Origin: an uncultured Gemmatimonadota bacterium
GTDB lineage: Bacteria; JAAXHH01
Assembly (NCBI GenBank): GCA_951812955.1
Contig: OX638340.1
Location: 1,792,001-1,856,000, forward strand
Direction of reading: 5' to 3'
Length of the DNA stretch: 64,000 nucleotides
Positions 46,637 through 58,496 of this stretch are shown one piece after another (the first letter of the stretch is position 1; each line of letters opens with the position of its first letter). The translations under genes were made by a program, and so were the position numbers. The notes beneath the pieces are model-generated. The model was given only the letters and a program-made list of their open reading frames with translations, was not told the DNA's origin and ran no database searches.

Positions 46637-47479
46637 TCATTCGCCTGGCATTTCTTCAAGCGTCTCCAGCCAGCGATAGCCATATTCCGGAACAGTTGGC
46701 GAGCCGGTCATACCATCGGGAAACATGCTGAATTTTTCGACGCGCAGGCGATAGTTGTATTCGTGCCTGGGATTGAAACCCACGATCTCGCCGCGGTAGG
46801 GGTCGCCGTTATAGACCTTGCAGAAACCGGGATGGCCGTCGCCGCACTCGACCCTGCCCCAATCGACGGTGATCTCCTCTTCCGTGCCTTCCGCCCTGGT
46901 TTTCGAGACGATTTCATCCAACAAGTACCGGCCGTCTGCATACCTGTTGACTTCGAGGACATAGTGATAGCCGGCCTCATAATCGAAGCCCGTGATCAAG
47001 TCTTCGTACGGCACGCCGTCCAACACCAGGCAGAAGTCGTCGCTTTGAGCGCACACCACACGCGCCGAACCCACCGCCAGGGTTGTGTGGGTGGAAGGCG
47101 CCGGGGTCTTCTCCAGCTGCTCCAGCAAGCGATAGGCATACTGGCCTGCGTCCTGCGGCGGCTCTCTCCCGCCCCAGGGATCGTACTTGCCGATTCGCAG
47201 GCGATAGTTATAACCTGCTTCGTATTCGAATCCTTCGATCGCATCGTAGAACAAACCGCCGTCGACGATCATGCACGACTGCTCGCCCACGCCGTAGCAC
47301 CTGACCAGGGTGGGGCCGACGGTAACGACCCGTGTCTCGATATACTCCGGTCCGGCCGGCCCGGGCCCTACCGGATCCGTGGAATCGTCACAGCCGGTGA
47401 ATACCAGGGCCGTCAGGGTAATCAACAACGAGAGAACGGAGCTTTGGCGGCGATAGGTCGAAGTAAGCTCAGGTTGCAT
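46637..47479 (-). CDS. Lipoprotein with three DUF4377-like repeats
   Basis: Signal peptide plus a lipobox (LVFTGC). Three repeats follow the pattern V.C.G.G...C..VDG.......I.GF.YE.GY.Y.L. Confidence 0.5.
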   Translation of the reverse strand: MQPELTSTYRRQSSVLSLLITLTALVFTGCDDSTDPVGPGPAGPEYIETRVVTVGPTLVRCYGVGEQSCMIVDGGLFYDAIEGFEYEAGYNYRLRIGKYDPWGGREPPQDAGQYAYRLLEQLEKTPAPSTHTTLAVGSARVVCAQSDDFCLVLDGVPYEDLITGFDYEAGYHYVLEVNRYADGRYLLDEIVSKTRAEGTEEEITVDWGRVECGDGHPGFCKVYNGDPYRGEIVGFNPRHEYNYRLRVEKFSMFPDGMTGSPTVPEYGYRWLETLEEMPGE

Positions 47480-47660
47480 GCTGGCGTATCTCGGATGGGA
47501 CAGCAGGAACAGTATTCTAACTTACTTCTAAACTTACCAAAACTTCCTATGAAGCATCAAGACCAATTTGAGGGAGCTGTGGTTCTCGCACGCGTGCAAT
47601 TCGCCCCATATTCCTCTTGCCTGGACAAGGGTAAGATCGGTATTTTTCCTAACCGAATGA

Positions 47661-49862
<2,202 letters not shown>

Positions 49863-49969
49863 TCGCGGCATATGCCGGGCGCGACTTCGTGAGCGCGCGG
49901 ACCAAGCATCAGGAGGAGGGCGAATCGTTCGCGTGATTCGCGATTTCGAGCGCCAGTTGAAGGTGGCGA

Positions 49970-50641
49970 TCAGTGCCCCAGAACACGGTAGCTGTCGTCC
50001 AGGATCAGACGAACCGACACGTAGCATCCTAATAGCGCGAAGAGCACCCAGGGCGCATTCATAGCGCCGATATAGATGTACAATTCGCTCCTGGTGATGA
50101 GACGATGCCGGCCGGCCAAGAAGAAGCTGATCCAATAGACCGACGTGACGTAGGCCCACTGCCAGGAGAGCACGAGCCCGAGTATGCCAGCCAGGACAGC
50201 CGGCATGAAATCGATGGTAAAAGCCGCGTAGAGAAACACGGTCGGTAGCGGCGTAAAGAATCCGTTTGCCACGTCTACGTTGAAGCCCAATGTACGGCGG
50301 TCCGAGAAGGATTCGTCGATTTGGGAGTACGTAGCCCAGACATCCGCCCATACGACCGGGTTCAATATCCGCCTCAGCGGTACCCTGGTTAAAAGAAACT
50401 CAACAGCCGGCGTCCGGCCGGTTTCGCGTTTCCGAGTGCGCCAATACTCGGTGCGCGTCTCGACATAATCCCGTTTGAGGAAAAGACACACTTCCCAATA
50501 GCACACCACCAGGTTGGTCGAGAAAAAAAGACTCAGCAGCCCGTGGATGGCGTTGAAATCCCCTGAGATATAGATTCGGGTACCGATTCCGAGCAGTGCC
50601 AGCAGCATGACCGCCAGCGCTGCGAACAGTCCGGGTGCCAT
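49970..50641 (-). CDS. Integral membrane protein of unknown function (4-5 TM)
   Basis: Hydrophobicity pattern only; no confident family assignment. Confidence 0.45.
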   Translation of the reverse strand: MAPGLFAALAVMLLALLGIGTRIYISGDFNAIHGLLSLFFSTNLVVCYWEVCLFLKRDYVETRTEYWRTRKRETGRTPAVEFLLTRVPLRRILNPVVWADVWATYSQIDESFSDRRTLGFNVDVANGFFTPLPTVFLYAAFTIDFMPAVLAGILGLVLSWQWAYVTSVYWISFFLAGRHRLITRSELYIYIGAMNAPWVLFALLGCYVSVRLILDDSYRVLGH

Positions 50642-50900
50642 CTCAACACTCCTTCTGCTTCTGCTGTGCGCGCCTGATCATTGCCTCTACCGGGCCAACC
50701 TGACTTTGCGAACTTCGTTCATGGTTGATCTTTATGGACAGACATTCCCCTAAGCGTGCCGATAATTCAAGTTAAAGCGCCGGCTTAACGTTGTACAAGT
50801 TCCTTTCATCGACTTATTTTACCTTTTCATTCCTCAGGTCCGGACAATGCTTCGACGCCGGTAAGACCCGCACTGATCGTCTGATTACAGGAGGACTTCG

Positions 50901-51893
50901 ATGCTGATCGTCGATTCTCACCTCGATATCGCCTTCAACGCCCTAGAATGGGACCGGGACCTGTTCCAGCCCATCGCCAGGATCCGCGAAGCCGAGGCCG
51001 GCATGGGTCAGAAAGGACGCGGTCTGGGCGTAGTGAATTTCGAGGAACTGCGGCGCGGCGGGATCGGACTCATATTCGTCACGGTGAACTGCCGGATCGC
51101 TTCGATGGGGAAGCGTTTTGTCGGGGTGCGCACCCAGGACATCGCCTACGCCAAGTGCATGGGAGAACTGGCGTATTATCGCCTGATGGAATCTAAGGGT
51201 GCCTTTCGGCAGGTGCGTAACCGAACCGAACTCGACGCCCACTTGGCCGAGTGGGAAGCCGATCCCGAGACGACTCCGCTCGGGTTTGTCCTCAGCATGG
51301 AAGGGGCGGACGGCATCGTGGCGCCGGAGCAGGTGTCTGAGTGGTGGGATGAAGGGCTGAGAGTAGTCAGCCTGTGCCACTACGGGGTCAGCTCCTACGC
51401 CCATGGGACCCAGGCCCCCGGAGGCCTGACTGACAGGGGCCGCCCCATGCTCGAAGCCCTGGAAGCAGCCGGGGTGATCCTCGACGTGAGCCACCTGGCC
51501 GAGCAGGCGTTCTGGGAATCGATGGACGTCTTCAACGGCCCCGTGCTGGCCACCCACAACTGTTGCCGGGCGCTGTGCGACCACGATCGGCAGCTCGACG
51601 ATCGACAGATCAAGGCCCTGGCCGAGCGCGGAGGCGTCATCGGCACGGCGATGGATATCTGGATGATCTCCCCCCTGTGGGACCCGGTCGCGATGGACAA
51701 CAAGGCCATCACCTTTGAAACCGTGGTGGACCACATCGACCATGTCTGCCAGTTGACTGGGAGTGCGCGCCACGCCGCCATCGGGACCGACCTGGACGGC
51801 GGCTACGGCAAGGAACAAAGTCCCGCCGATATGGAGACCATCGCCGATCTTCGGAAAATACCCGCCATCCTCGAACGTCGCGGCTATTCATAG
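50901..51893 (+). CDS. Membrane dipeptidase (peptidase family M19)
   Basis: MLIVDSHLD N-terminus, HNCCRAL, and the VIGTAMD / GTDLDGG region typical of renal-dipeptidase homologues. Confidence 0.7.
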   Translation: MLIVDSHLDIAFNALEWDRDLFQPIARIREAEAGMGQKGRGLGVVNFEELRRGGIGLIFVTVNCRIASMGKRFVGVRTQDIAYAKCMGELAYYRLMESKGAFRQVRNRTELDAHLAEWEADPETTPLGFVLSMEGADGIVAPEQVSEWWDEGLRVVSLCHYGVSSYAHGTQAPGGLTDRGRPMLEALEAAGVILDVSHLAEQAFWESMDVFNGPVLATHNCCRALCDHDRQLDDRQIKALAERGGVIGTAMDIWMISPLWDPVAMDNKAITFETVVDHIDHVCQLTGSARHAAIGTDLDGGYGKEQSPADMETIADLRKIPAILERRGYS

Positions 51894-52083
51894 ACCGACA
51901 TTGCGGACATAATGCATGGCAATTGGGTACGGACGTTGCGCGCGGCGTGGAGTTGATTTAAACGGAATCGTACATTGATCTATGGCGGTTCCTGCTTCGC
52001 GCATCGGGGACGAAGTTGCCGAGTGGTCCCACATATGCCACGCAGCCAATACATGCAGTCGAATGAATCCGGAGGCCCGACTG

Positions 52084-53196
52084 ATGCCTGAAACACCCGT
52101 GTTCCAACGACACACGATCTACGAAGGAACGCCCGCCGAACGCATGTCGTGCATCGTGGGCGACCTCGACAACGATGGCGTTCCCGAGTTCATCATCCCC
52201 ACCCGCAATCCGGATGAACTCGTCTGGTTCGGGAGAACGGGCCAGGGCGAATGGGAACCGCACCTGATGGACGATACTTTTCCAAGCATCAGCGTTGGCG
52301 CCGCCATGGTGGACCTGACCGGTAGCGGCAAGCTCGATTTGATTTCCGGCACCAGTGACCGCGGTAATTTCATCTACTGGTGGGAATGCCCCGACGATCC
52401 CACCCAGCGGTGGACGCGGCGCGTGGTCTTCGAGCTTCCCCACAACCGGATCCACGACATGATCCTGGCGGACATCGACGGGGACGGAAGACAGGAATTA
52501 TACGTCTGGAACCCGGACGAGGAATTGATTCTTACGGTCCCGGTGCCCGACGATCCATACGTGACCCCCTGGCCCGGCGTCCGCAAGATAGACACCGGTG
52601 TAAACGAACAGGCGCTCGACGTTGCCGACGTCGACGGGGACGGACGGCTCGAGCTCATCGCCGGGACTTCCTGGTACCGCCTGCTGGAGAACGGCGAATG
52701 GGAAAGACATGTTTTCGCCGAGGGCTATGGCGGCGTACGGGTTGGAGCCGCAGACTTCGACGGGGACGGCCGTATCGAGATCGCCCTCTGCGAGGTGGCC
52801 CTCGACATCGGCCAGACCTATGGCCGACTCGCGATATTCAGACCGGGGGCGGACGTGGAGAAACCATGGGAAGCCAAAATCCTGCACGACCGGTTGCTCG
52901 ATGCGCACACGCTCCAGGTGGCGGACTTCGACGGCGACGGACGGCCCGACATCTACGTGGGAGAGATGGGCCGTGGGGACTGGACTCTTCCGCATCCACC
53001 CCAGCAGATACTCTTCCTGAGCCGTGGGGACCGGATGGAGCAGCACGTCATCGATACGGGGATCGGAACGCACGAGGCCCAGGTCATCGAACTGGACGGG
53101 AAGGTCGGCATCATCAGCAAGCCCTACCGCTGGCTCCAGGACACCGCGCCGAGACCGCAGTTGGTGGACAACCTCTACCTGTACCTGCCGGAATAA
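52084..53196 (+). CDS. FG-GAP / VCBS repeat beta-propeller protein
   Basis: ORF trimmed to the ATG at 52084 (GGAGG RBS). Repeated DxDGDGR motifs (DIDGDGRQEL, DVDGDGRLEL, DFDGDGRIEI, DFDGDGRPDI). Confidence 0.55.
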   Translation: MPETPVFQRHTIYEGTPAERMSCIVGDLDNDGVPEFIIPTRNPDELVWFGRTGQGEWEPHLMDDTFPSISVGAAMVDLTGSGKLDLISGTSDRGNFIYWWECPDDPTQRWTRRVVFELPHNRIHDMILADIDGDGRQELYVWNPDEELILTVPVPDDPYVTPWPGVRKIDTGVNEQALDVADVDGDGRLELIAGTSWYRLLENGEWERHVFAEGYGGVRVGAADFDGDGRIEIALCEVALDIGQTYGRLAIFRPGADVEKPWEAKILHDRLLDAHTLQVADFDGDGRPDIYVGEMGRGDWTLPHPPQQILFLSRGDRMEQHVIDTGIGTHEAQVIELDGKVGIISKPYRWLQDTAPRPQLVDNLYLYLPE

Positions 53197-53266
53197 CGTC
53201 GCGGTAATCTCCAATCATTCGACTCCTGACGAACATAACACGCATTTTACATCCTGTGGCAATGAC

Positions 53267-54007
53267 ATGACCAGCATCCGACACGACAGGCCATCCTGGG
53301 CGGGCAGGGTTCCGCGCCACAAGATTGCCGAGTTGTACAGGAAGGACGCGCTCGGAATTTGTGACGAAGAGTTGATCGACGAAGTGGGAATAGGCCTGCT
53401 TGTGAGAATCAGGGAGATATTCCGGGCGAGGGAAGCGAACAGTGGTCTCGCAAGATGTCCGCTTTGCAGGCGTGGGATCGCGCACGACTTCGACCCGGCA
53501 TTCCTGCTGCGATGTGAAACCTGCAACTGGGAACTGGCGTGGTCGGAATTCCAGAAGTCGTTTCAGGGCAAACACCTCATCGCATCCGGCATGACCGCTT
53601 TCCTGAAGGAATACCTGGAGAAATACCAGGTCGCGAAGTCACCCCAGAATAAGATGATCCTGATCGACACGCTGATTCATAGATACCACTGGGAACTCGA
53701 AGGCGGGTTGACCGGGCCGGGCGCCCGTGATCTAATCGGCGGGAAACCGCAGGATGTTATCGATTTCCTGAACGAACTGAGCTATGGGACCAAAAGCAAT
53801 CCGGATATCCTGGCTACCCGCCAGGAGTGGCTGGATAAAGTGCGGGCAAGCCGAGCACAGCATGCGGAAGCGGCCCAGGAGCGACAGCGAAAGGCTGAGG
53901 ACAAGAGACAAAAGGCGGAAGAGAAAACGAGGCGGGGAATATTGAAGAAGCAAGCGCGCGAGACTGGGCTTGCAGGTCAGGATCAGGAAGGAGCGATCCA
54001 TGACTGA
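53267..54007 (+). CDS. Hypothetical protein with a CxxC...CxxC zinc-ribbon-like motif and a K/E/R-rich C-terminal tail
   Basis: ORF 53024.. trimmed to the first ATG after the FG-GAP stop. CPLCRRG...CETCNW. Its stop overlaps the HIT gene start by 8 nt. Confidence 0.45.
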   Translation: MTSIRHDRPSWAGRVPRHKIAELYRKDALGICDEELIDEVGIGLLVRIREIFRAREANSGLARCPLCRRGIAHDFDPAFLLRCETCNWELAWSEFQKSFQGKHLIASGMTAFLKEYLEKYQVAKSPQNKMILIDTLIHRYHWELEGGLTGPGARDLIGGKPQDVIDFLNELSYGTKSNPDILATRQEWLDKVRASRAQHAEAAQERQRKAEDKRQKAEEKTRRGILKKQARETGLAGQDQEGAIHD

Positions 54008-54458
54008 GAGCGCCCGCGACTGCGTCTTCTGTCGCATAATCCAGGGCGAACTGGACTCTGCGATCATTTACGAGGATGACTCTACCCTGGCATTCCTCAA
54101 TCTGCGCCAGAGCAACGAAGGACATGTCCTGGTGGTCCCCAAACGCCATTTCGAACAGATCTACGACCTTGACGAGGACACGGCCTGCGCGCTCGCCGGC
54201 ACGGTCTGTAAAGTGTCCCGAGCAGTGCGTAGAGTATACGCACCGGAAGGGTTATCGATCTGGCAATCCAATGGTCCGGCGGCGTTTCAGGAAGTGCCGC
54301 ATGTCCACTGGCATGTCTTCCCACGGTACACTGACGATGGGCTCTTGGTCGTATATCCCAGGGATATCGCTGACCGTGCACGTCTGATAAAGTCGGTGGA
54401 CTCCCTAAAGACGATTGCAGGACCCTTGATAGAGGCGCTTGAGGAAGACATCGAATAG
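54000..54458 (+). CDS. HIT (histidine triad) family protein
   Basis: Trimmed to the ATG at 54000 (AGGAAGGAG RBS). HVHWHVFPR triad. Confidence 0.7.
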   Translation: MTESARDCVFCRIIQGELDSAIIYEDDSTLAFLNLRQSNEGHVLVVPKRHFEQIYDLDEDTACALAGTVCKVSRAVRRVYAPEGLSIWQSNGPAAFQEVPHVHWHVFPRYTDDGLLVVYPRDIADRARLIKSVDSLKTIAGPLIEALEEDIE

Positions 54459-54521
54459 GAGTATCCGCATCAGAACGGTGCCAGTTCGAACGGCATCTGA
54501 GGGACCACCTGGTAAATACCT

Positions 54522-55400
54522 ATGCCGTACGCATCCATTAACGGATTCAAGATGTTCTACGAAGTTCAAGGGGAAGGCGAGACCGTCGTATTCATACACG
54601 GCGGATTCCCTTCCTTAGATATGCACCTCCGCGCACAATCGATTGGCAAGTGGACCTGGGAGATGGATTTCACTTCGAGTCACCGTTTCATGACGTACGA
54701 TCGCCGAGGCTGCTGGCGGTCCTCTTGTCCTGAAGGTGGGTATGACCTTGAGAATCAAGTACGGGACCTGAATGAGTTGCTGGAACTTCTTGAAGTGGAA
54801 GAAGCGCATGTGATCGGTTCGTCTGCGGGTGGTCCCATCGCAATGCTGTTCGCGTCCATCTACCCGAATAGAGTCAATACGCTTGTACTGGCTGGTACCG
54901 CTGCAGATCTCTGGCCGAAGTACGACCCGGTTACCCGTATCGTAGAAGAACAGTTTGAATGCCTGAAAAAACAAGGCGCGAACGTAATCTGGAAGAACCG
55001 GCCGTCTGGAGTTGAGCTTTCATTTGACGTACTGTGGGAACGGGAGGAGATGAAGGAGCGGGGAGTTCTGGCAGAATACGAAGATCGCATAGCGCAGTCT
55101 CTGAAGAAGTGCAGTGTGCAAGACCGTGTGCAATGGTACGAAATCCAGCTTCGGGCCATCGGTGCTTACCTTGACAGGGATCTGACGAAGGAATGTGCTC
55201 GGATATCGGTTCCCACCCTTGTGGTTCACGGAGCGAATGACAGAGAAGTGCCCGTAGATTGGGGCCGAGATCTCTCCACGAAGATTCCAGGCGCCACATT
55301 CAGGATGTATAAGAGTGAATCACACGGCCTCGTCCACCGGTATGGCGTCGTTCGGCAGGATCTCATCGCGTTTTACGACCAGAATGGAACCACCTCATGA
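54522..55400 (+). CDS. Alpha/beta hydrolase
   Basis: HGGFPS and GSSAGG nucleophile elbow. Confidence 0.7.
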   Translation: MPYASINGFKMFYEVQGEGETVVFIHGGFPSLDMHLRAQSIGKWTWEMDFTSSHRFMTYDRRGCWRSSCPEGGYDLENQVRDLNELLELLEVEEAHVIGSSAGGPIAMLFASIYPNRVNTLVLAGTAADLWPKYDPVTRIVEEQFECLKKQGANVIWKNRPSGVELSFDVLWEREEMKERGVLAEYEDRIAQSLKKCSVQDRVQWYEIQLRAIGAYLDRDLTKECARISVPTLVVHGANDREVPVDWGRDLSTKIPGATFRMYKSESHGLVHRYGVVRQDLIAFYDQNGTTS

Positions 55401-56635
55401 AAATCACCGAGATCGAGGTACACGAAATCACCCTCGAATACGAGGACTGGATCGCGTACCAGCTGAACCATTTCTACGGACCGGCAAAGCGGACCGTCTA
55501 CGTCGCCCACACCGACGACGGGCTCATCGGCCTGGGCGAAGGGCACGATACGGAGCCGGAAGAAGTGATCGACCAGTACGTGGGCACGAACCCCTTCGAA
55601 TGGATTGGAGACGAAACCTCCCTCGCGCTGGGCACGGCGATGTACGACCTGATGGGCAAGGCAGCAGGCGTACCGGTGTACAAGCTTTTCGGACAGAAGG
55701 TCCGTTCCTGGGTGCCGGTGGGAAGCTGGACAGTATCTACGCATCCGGACCGCATGGCCGAAGCGGTGCGTAAATACGCAGCCCAGGGCTACACCTGGAT
55801 GAAATACCACCTTTCGCCCTTCGAGAATGTCATCGACCAGACCGAGGCGATGCAGGAGGTGGCGCCTGAAGGTTTCCGGATCCACTACGACTTCACAATG
55901 CACGGCACCGACGACCACATGCCCGAACTCCTGGACAAACTGGAGCAATTCCCGGTAGCGGGATGCTTCGAGGATCCGCTACCTCCGGGCGATATCCAGG
56001 GTTACATCGAATTGCGGAAGCGGTCCCGGTTGCCCGTCGTGCTGCACCATTTTCCAACGAATGCGACGTACGAAGTGTTCATGAAGCCCGCCGATGCGTA
56101 CATGCTGGGACATCAACTGATCGGGGAATCGGTACGGCGAGCCGGCCTGTTCGCCGCGGACAACAGCCCCTTCATGCTCCAGAACGTGGGCGGGAACATC
56201 ACCCGGGCCATGACCTCCCACATGATGGCGGCCTTCCCCTCGGCGAACTTCCACTTCGTCAGCACGACGGAGACCTGGAAATCCGACGTGGTCGAGGAAC
56301 GGTTGGAACCGGTCAACGGTTTCGTGCGGGTACCGGAAGCGCCGGGGTTGGGCGTCACGCTGGATCGGGATGAACTGGAACAGCTGAAACAAATCGAAGT
56401 GCCTCGCCAGGAGAAATGGATCATCAGGTCGCGATTCGAGAACGGCGCACGCATGTACAACATCGCCGATCCGGAGGATTCCATTTTCATGGTGCGGCCG
56501 GACCGGCGGCGCGGGATGGTGCCCATGCGATACGACGCACCGATCACCACCGACTACTGGGACGACAACGGCACGGAGGCATACCGGGAGATGTTCGCCC
56601 GGATCGAACGGGAAGGCGTCGTGCTCGAGAGATGA
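55397..56635 (+). CDS. Enolase superfamily enzyme (mandelate racemase / muconate lactonizing enzyme-like)
   Basis: The N-terminal capping domain (KITEIEVHEITLEY...GLGEG) and a barrel domain with acidic metal ligands are present. A 4-nt ATGA overlap with the upstream hydrolase gene suggests coupling. Confidence 0.65.
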   Translation: MKITEIEVHEITLEYEDWIAYQLNHFYGPAKRTVYVAHTDDGLIGLGEGHDTEPEEVIDQYVGTNPFEWIGDETSLALGTAMYDLMGKAAGVPVYKLFGQKVRSWVPVGSWTVSTHPDRMAEAVRKYAAQGYTWMKYHLSPFENVIDQTEAMQEVAPEGFRIHYDFTMHGTDDHMPELLDKLEQFPVAGCFEDPLPPGDIQGYIELRKRSRLPVVLHHFPTNATYEVFMKPADAYMLGHQLIGESVRRAGLFAADNSPFMLQNVGGNITRAMTSHMMAAFPSANFHFVSTTETWKSDVVEERLEPVNGFVRVPEAPGLGVTLDRDELEQLKQIEVPRQEKWIIRSRFENGARMYNIADPEDSIFMVRPDRRRGMVPMRYDAPITTDYWDDNGTEAYREMFARIEREGVVLER

Positions 56636-56666
56636 TATAAGACCTCACGCGGTGATGGGAAGGCCG

Positions 56667-56732
56667 CACGCCGGAAACGCCAGTCGGGTCGACTTTACGA
56701 CATAAAGCACGCCGGAAACGCCAGTCGGGTCG
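56667..56732. repeat. Perfect 25-bp direct repeat CACGCCGGAAACGCCAGTCGGGTCG x2 (copies at 56667 and 56708)
   Basis: Read directly from the sequence, in the intergenic region between the enolase-superfamily gene and the gene at 56835. Confidence 0.65.
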
Positions 56733-56744
56733 GCCTGACATTCT

Positions 56745-56764
56745 AATGTACAATTGTACATTAG
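56745..56764. promoter_or_regulatory. Perfect 20-bp palindrome TAATGTACAATTGTACATTA
   Basis: Read directly. It shares the TGTACAATTGTACA core with 34030-34049 and lies ~70 nt upstream of the ATG at 56835. Confidence 0.5.
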
Positions 56765-56834
56765 CCAGTTGGCCGCGACGTTGATTGACTGATACAACCC
56801 AAAGTGAGATGGCCACTCGGCCACCGAGGTAGCC

Positions 56835-58382
56835 ATGCAGAAACCGAAACTGATCCACTACAACGACGCCCGGCACTACAGTATTTACCGGTACGAACCG
56901 CCCATGAGCTTGCATCAGTGGCGTCAGCCCGTGGACGAGATCCTGGGGACCGACGTGGATACCCTGGTCTATGGCCTGGGATCGGGCGAGACCTTTCTGC
57001 ACGGTACGCAGGCGGGGCTGAAGTGGGGCGAGGACGTCGAAAAGCACAACATGAGCATGATGTGGTGGACTGCGACGGAGAATTTGAACCTGGCACTCGA
57101 AGCGGGGATCGATCCGCTCGCTGTGGCGGTGGAGAGAGCGCACGAAAAAGGACGGCGCATCCTGGGAAGCCTGCGGATGACAGAACCCACCTCTCCGGAC
57201 GACGACAATCCCTACATGCTGGGCCGCCTCAAGCGCGAACATCCGGAAGTCATGATCGGCGGGAACCATCCCGACTACCCCCGAGCTGCTGGATGCGCGG
57301 ATTACACCCACGAGAGCGTGCGCTCGGAGCGGCTAAGCGTCATCGAGGAGGTGTGCGGCCGGTACGGAATGGATGGGTTGGAATTTGATCCCTATGTGGG
57401 CGTGTTCTTTAATCCCACCGAAGCCCGGGAGAAAACGCCCGTACTCACGGAGTTCGTCAGGGAAGTGCGCAGGCTGCTCGATCGTGTCGGCGCTGCCCGC
57501 GGTCAATCGCTGTGTCTGGCCGTGAGAGTGCGTAGTACCGAGGAGGCGAATCTCGCGTTGGGCATGGACGTGCGCGGGTGGCTGAACGAGGGTCTGTTGG
57601 ATATCGTCGCCCTGTGGACCGAAAGTTTCCTCTTCGACCAAGAGATGCCGATTGGTTGGCTGGTCGAAGCGGCGTCCGGCTCGCAGACGCCGGTCTACCC
57701 CATGCTGGGACGAACACCGTACGACGACCGCCACCACCTGCCAACGATCGAGATGTACCGGGCCGCGGCGGCAAACTACAGCGCCATGGGGACGGACGGG
57801 CTGTACCTGCTGGACCTGCCCTGGCCGCACACGGAACGCGAATACCAGATCTTCCGCGAGATGAGCGACCCGGACATCCATCTCAGGAAGAAGAAGCATT
57901 ACTTTCCTGCGCAAAGGGAACCGAACGCCGAGCCTCACTCTCCGGAGCGGAATCTCCCTATGGATCTGGAGGAAGGAGCGCCCGTCCAGGTGCCGTTCCT
58001 GGTTGGCGACGATTTGGACGCTGCCCGGGACGACGGCGAACTCAAGGCGGCAAGGCTTGGGGTACGCATCCTGAGGACCTGCCCCGAAGACCTGTACATG
58101 TTCCGGTTCAACGATGCGGTGATCGGACCAGCGGAGATCACCCACATCTATGGCGGTGTGGTGTCATATACAGCCCACAGATCCGGTCTCCCGGAACGCA
58201 TCGACACCCACTACTGGTTCGACTTCGATCTTCCCATCGAACTGGTCCGGGAGGGCCAGAACGAGTTGGAAGTCGTCCTCGAACAACGCCATGCGCCTTT
58301 AGGCAAGGACCGCGAACTACAACAGGTCGAGTTGATCGTGGAATACAGGGAGCCCCATGTACCGGTGGGCGGGCAGATGTGA
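56835..58382 (+). CDS. Hypothetical protein (515 aa), possibly a TIM-barrel glycosyl-hydrolase-like fold
   Basis: Long ORF with protein-like composition and no confident family assignment. The GHL10/DUF-type resemblance is weak. Confidence 0.45.
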   Translation: MQKPKLIHYNDARHYSIYRYEPPMSLHQWRQPVDEILGTDVDTLVYGLGSGETFLHGTQAGLKWGEDVEKHNMSMMWWTATENLNLALEAGIDPLAVAVERAHEKGRRILGSLRMTEPTSPDDDNPYMLGRLKREHPEVMIGGNHPDYPRAAGCADYTHESVRSERLSVIEEVCGRYGMDGLEFDPYVGVFFNPTEAREKTPVLTEFVREVRRLLDRVGAARGQSLCLAVRVRSTEEANLALGMDVRGWLNEGLLDIVALWTESFLFDQEMPIGWLVEAASGSQTPVYPMLGRTPYDDRHHLPTIEMYRAAAANYSAMGTDGLYLLDLPWPHTEREYQIFREMSDPDIHLRKKKHYFPAQREPNAEPHSPERNLPMDLEEGAPVQVPFLVGDDLDAARDDGELKAARLGVRILRTCPEDLYMFRFNDAVIGPAEITHIYGGVVSYTAHRSGLPERIDTHYWFDFDLPIELVREGQNELEVVLEQRHAPLGKDRELQQVELIVEYREPHVPVGGQM

Positions 58383-58496
58383 TCGAAGGACCGGGGTGCT
58401 TGATTTGCATGGCCGGACGCCATAAACACATTAATTAAATCGAAACTGCGATTTGGTTTCAAATCTATCAAGTAGTTATCAGCAGGGATCGACGCC

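Noticed and set aside
53024-53266. Long 5' extension of ORF 53024..54007 overlapping the FG-GAP gene
   Set aside because: The extension is Ser/Arg/Thr-rich low-complexity read-through of the FG-GAP gene in another frame. The first ATG after the FG-GAP stop (53267) gives a sensible start.
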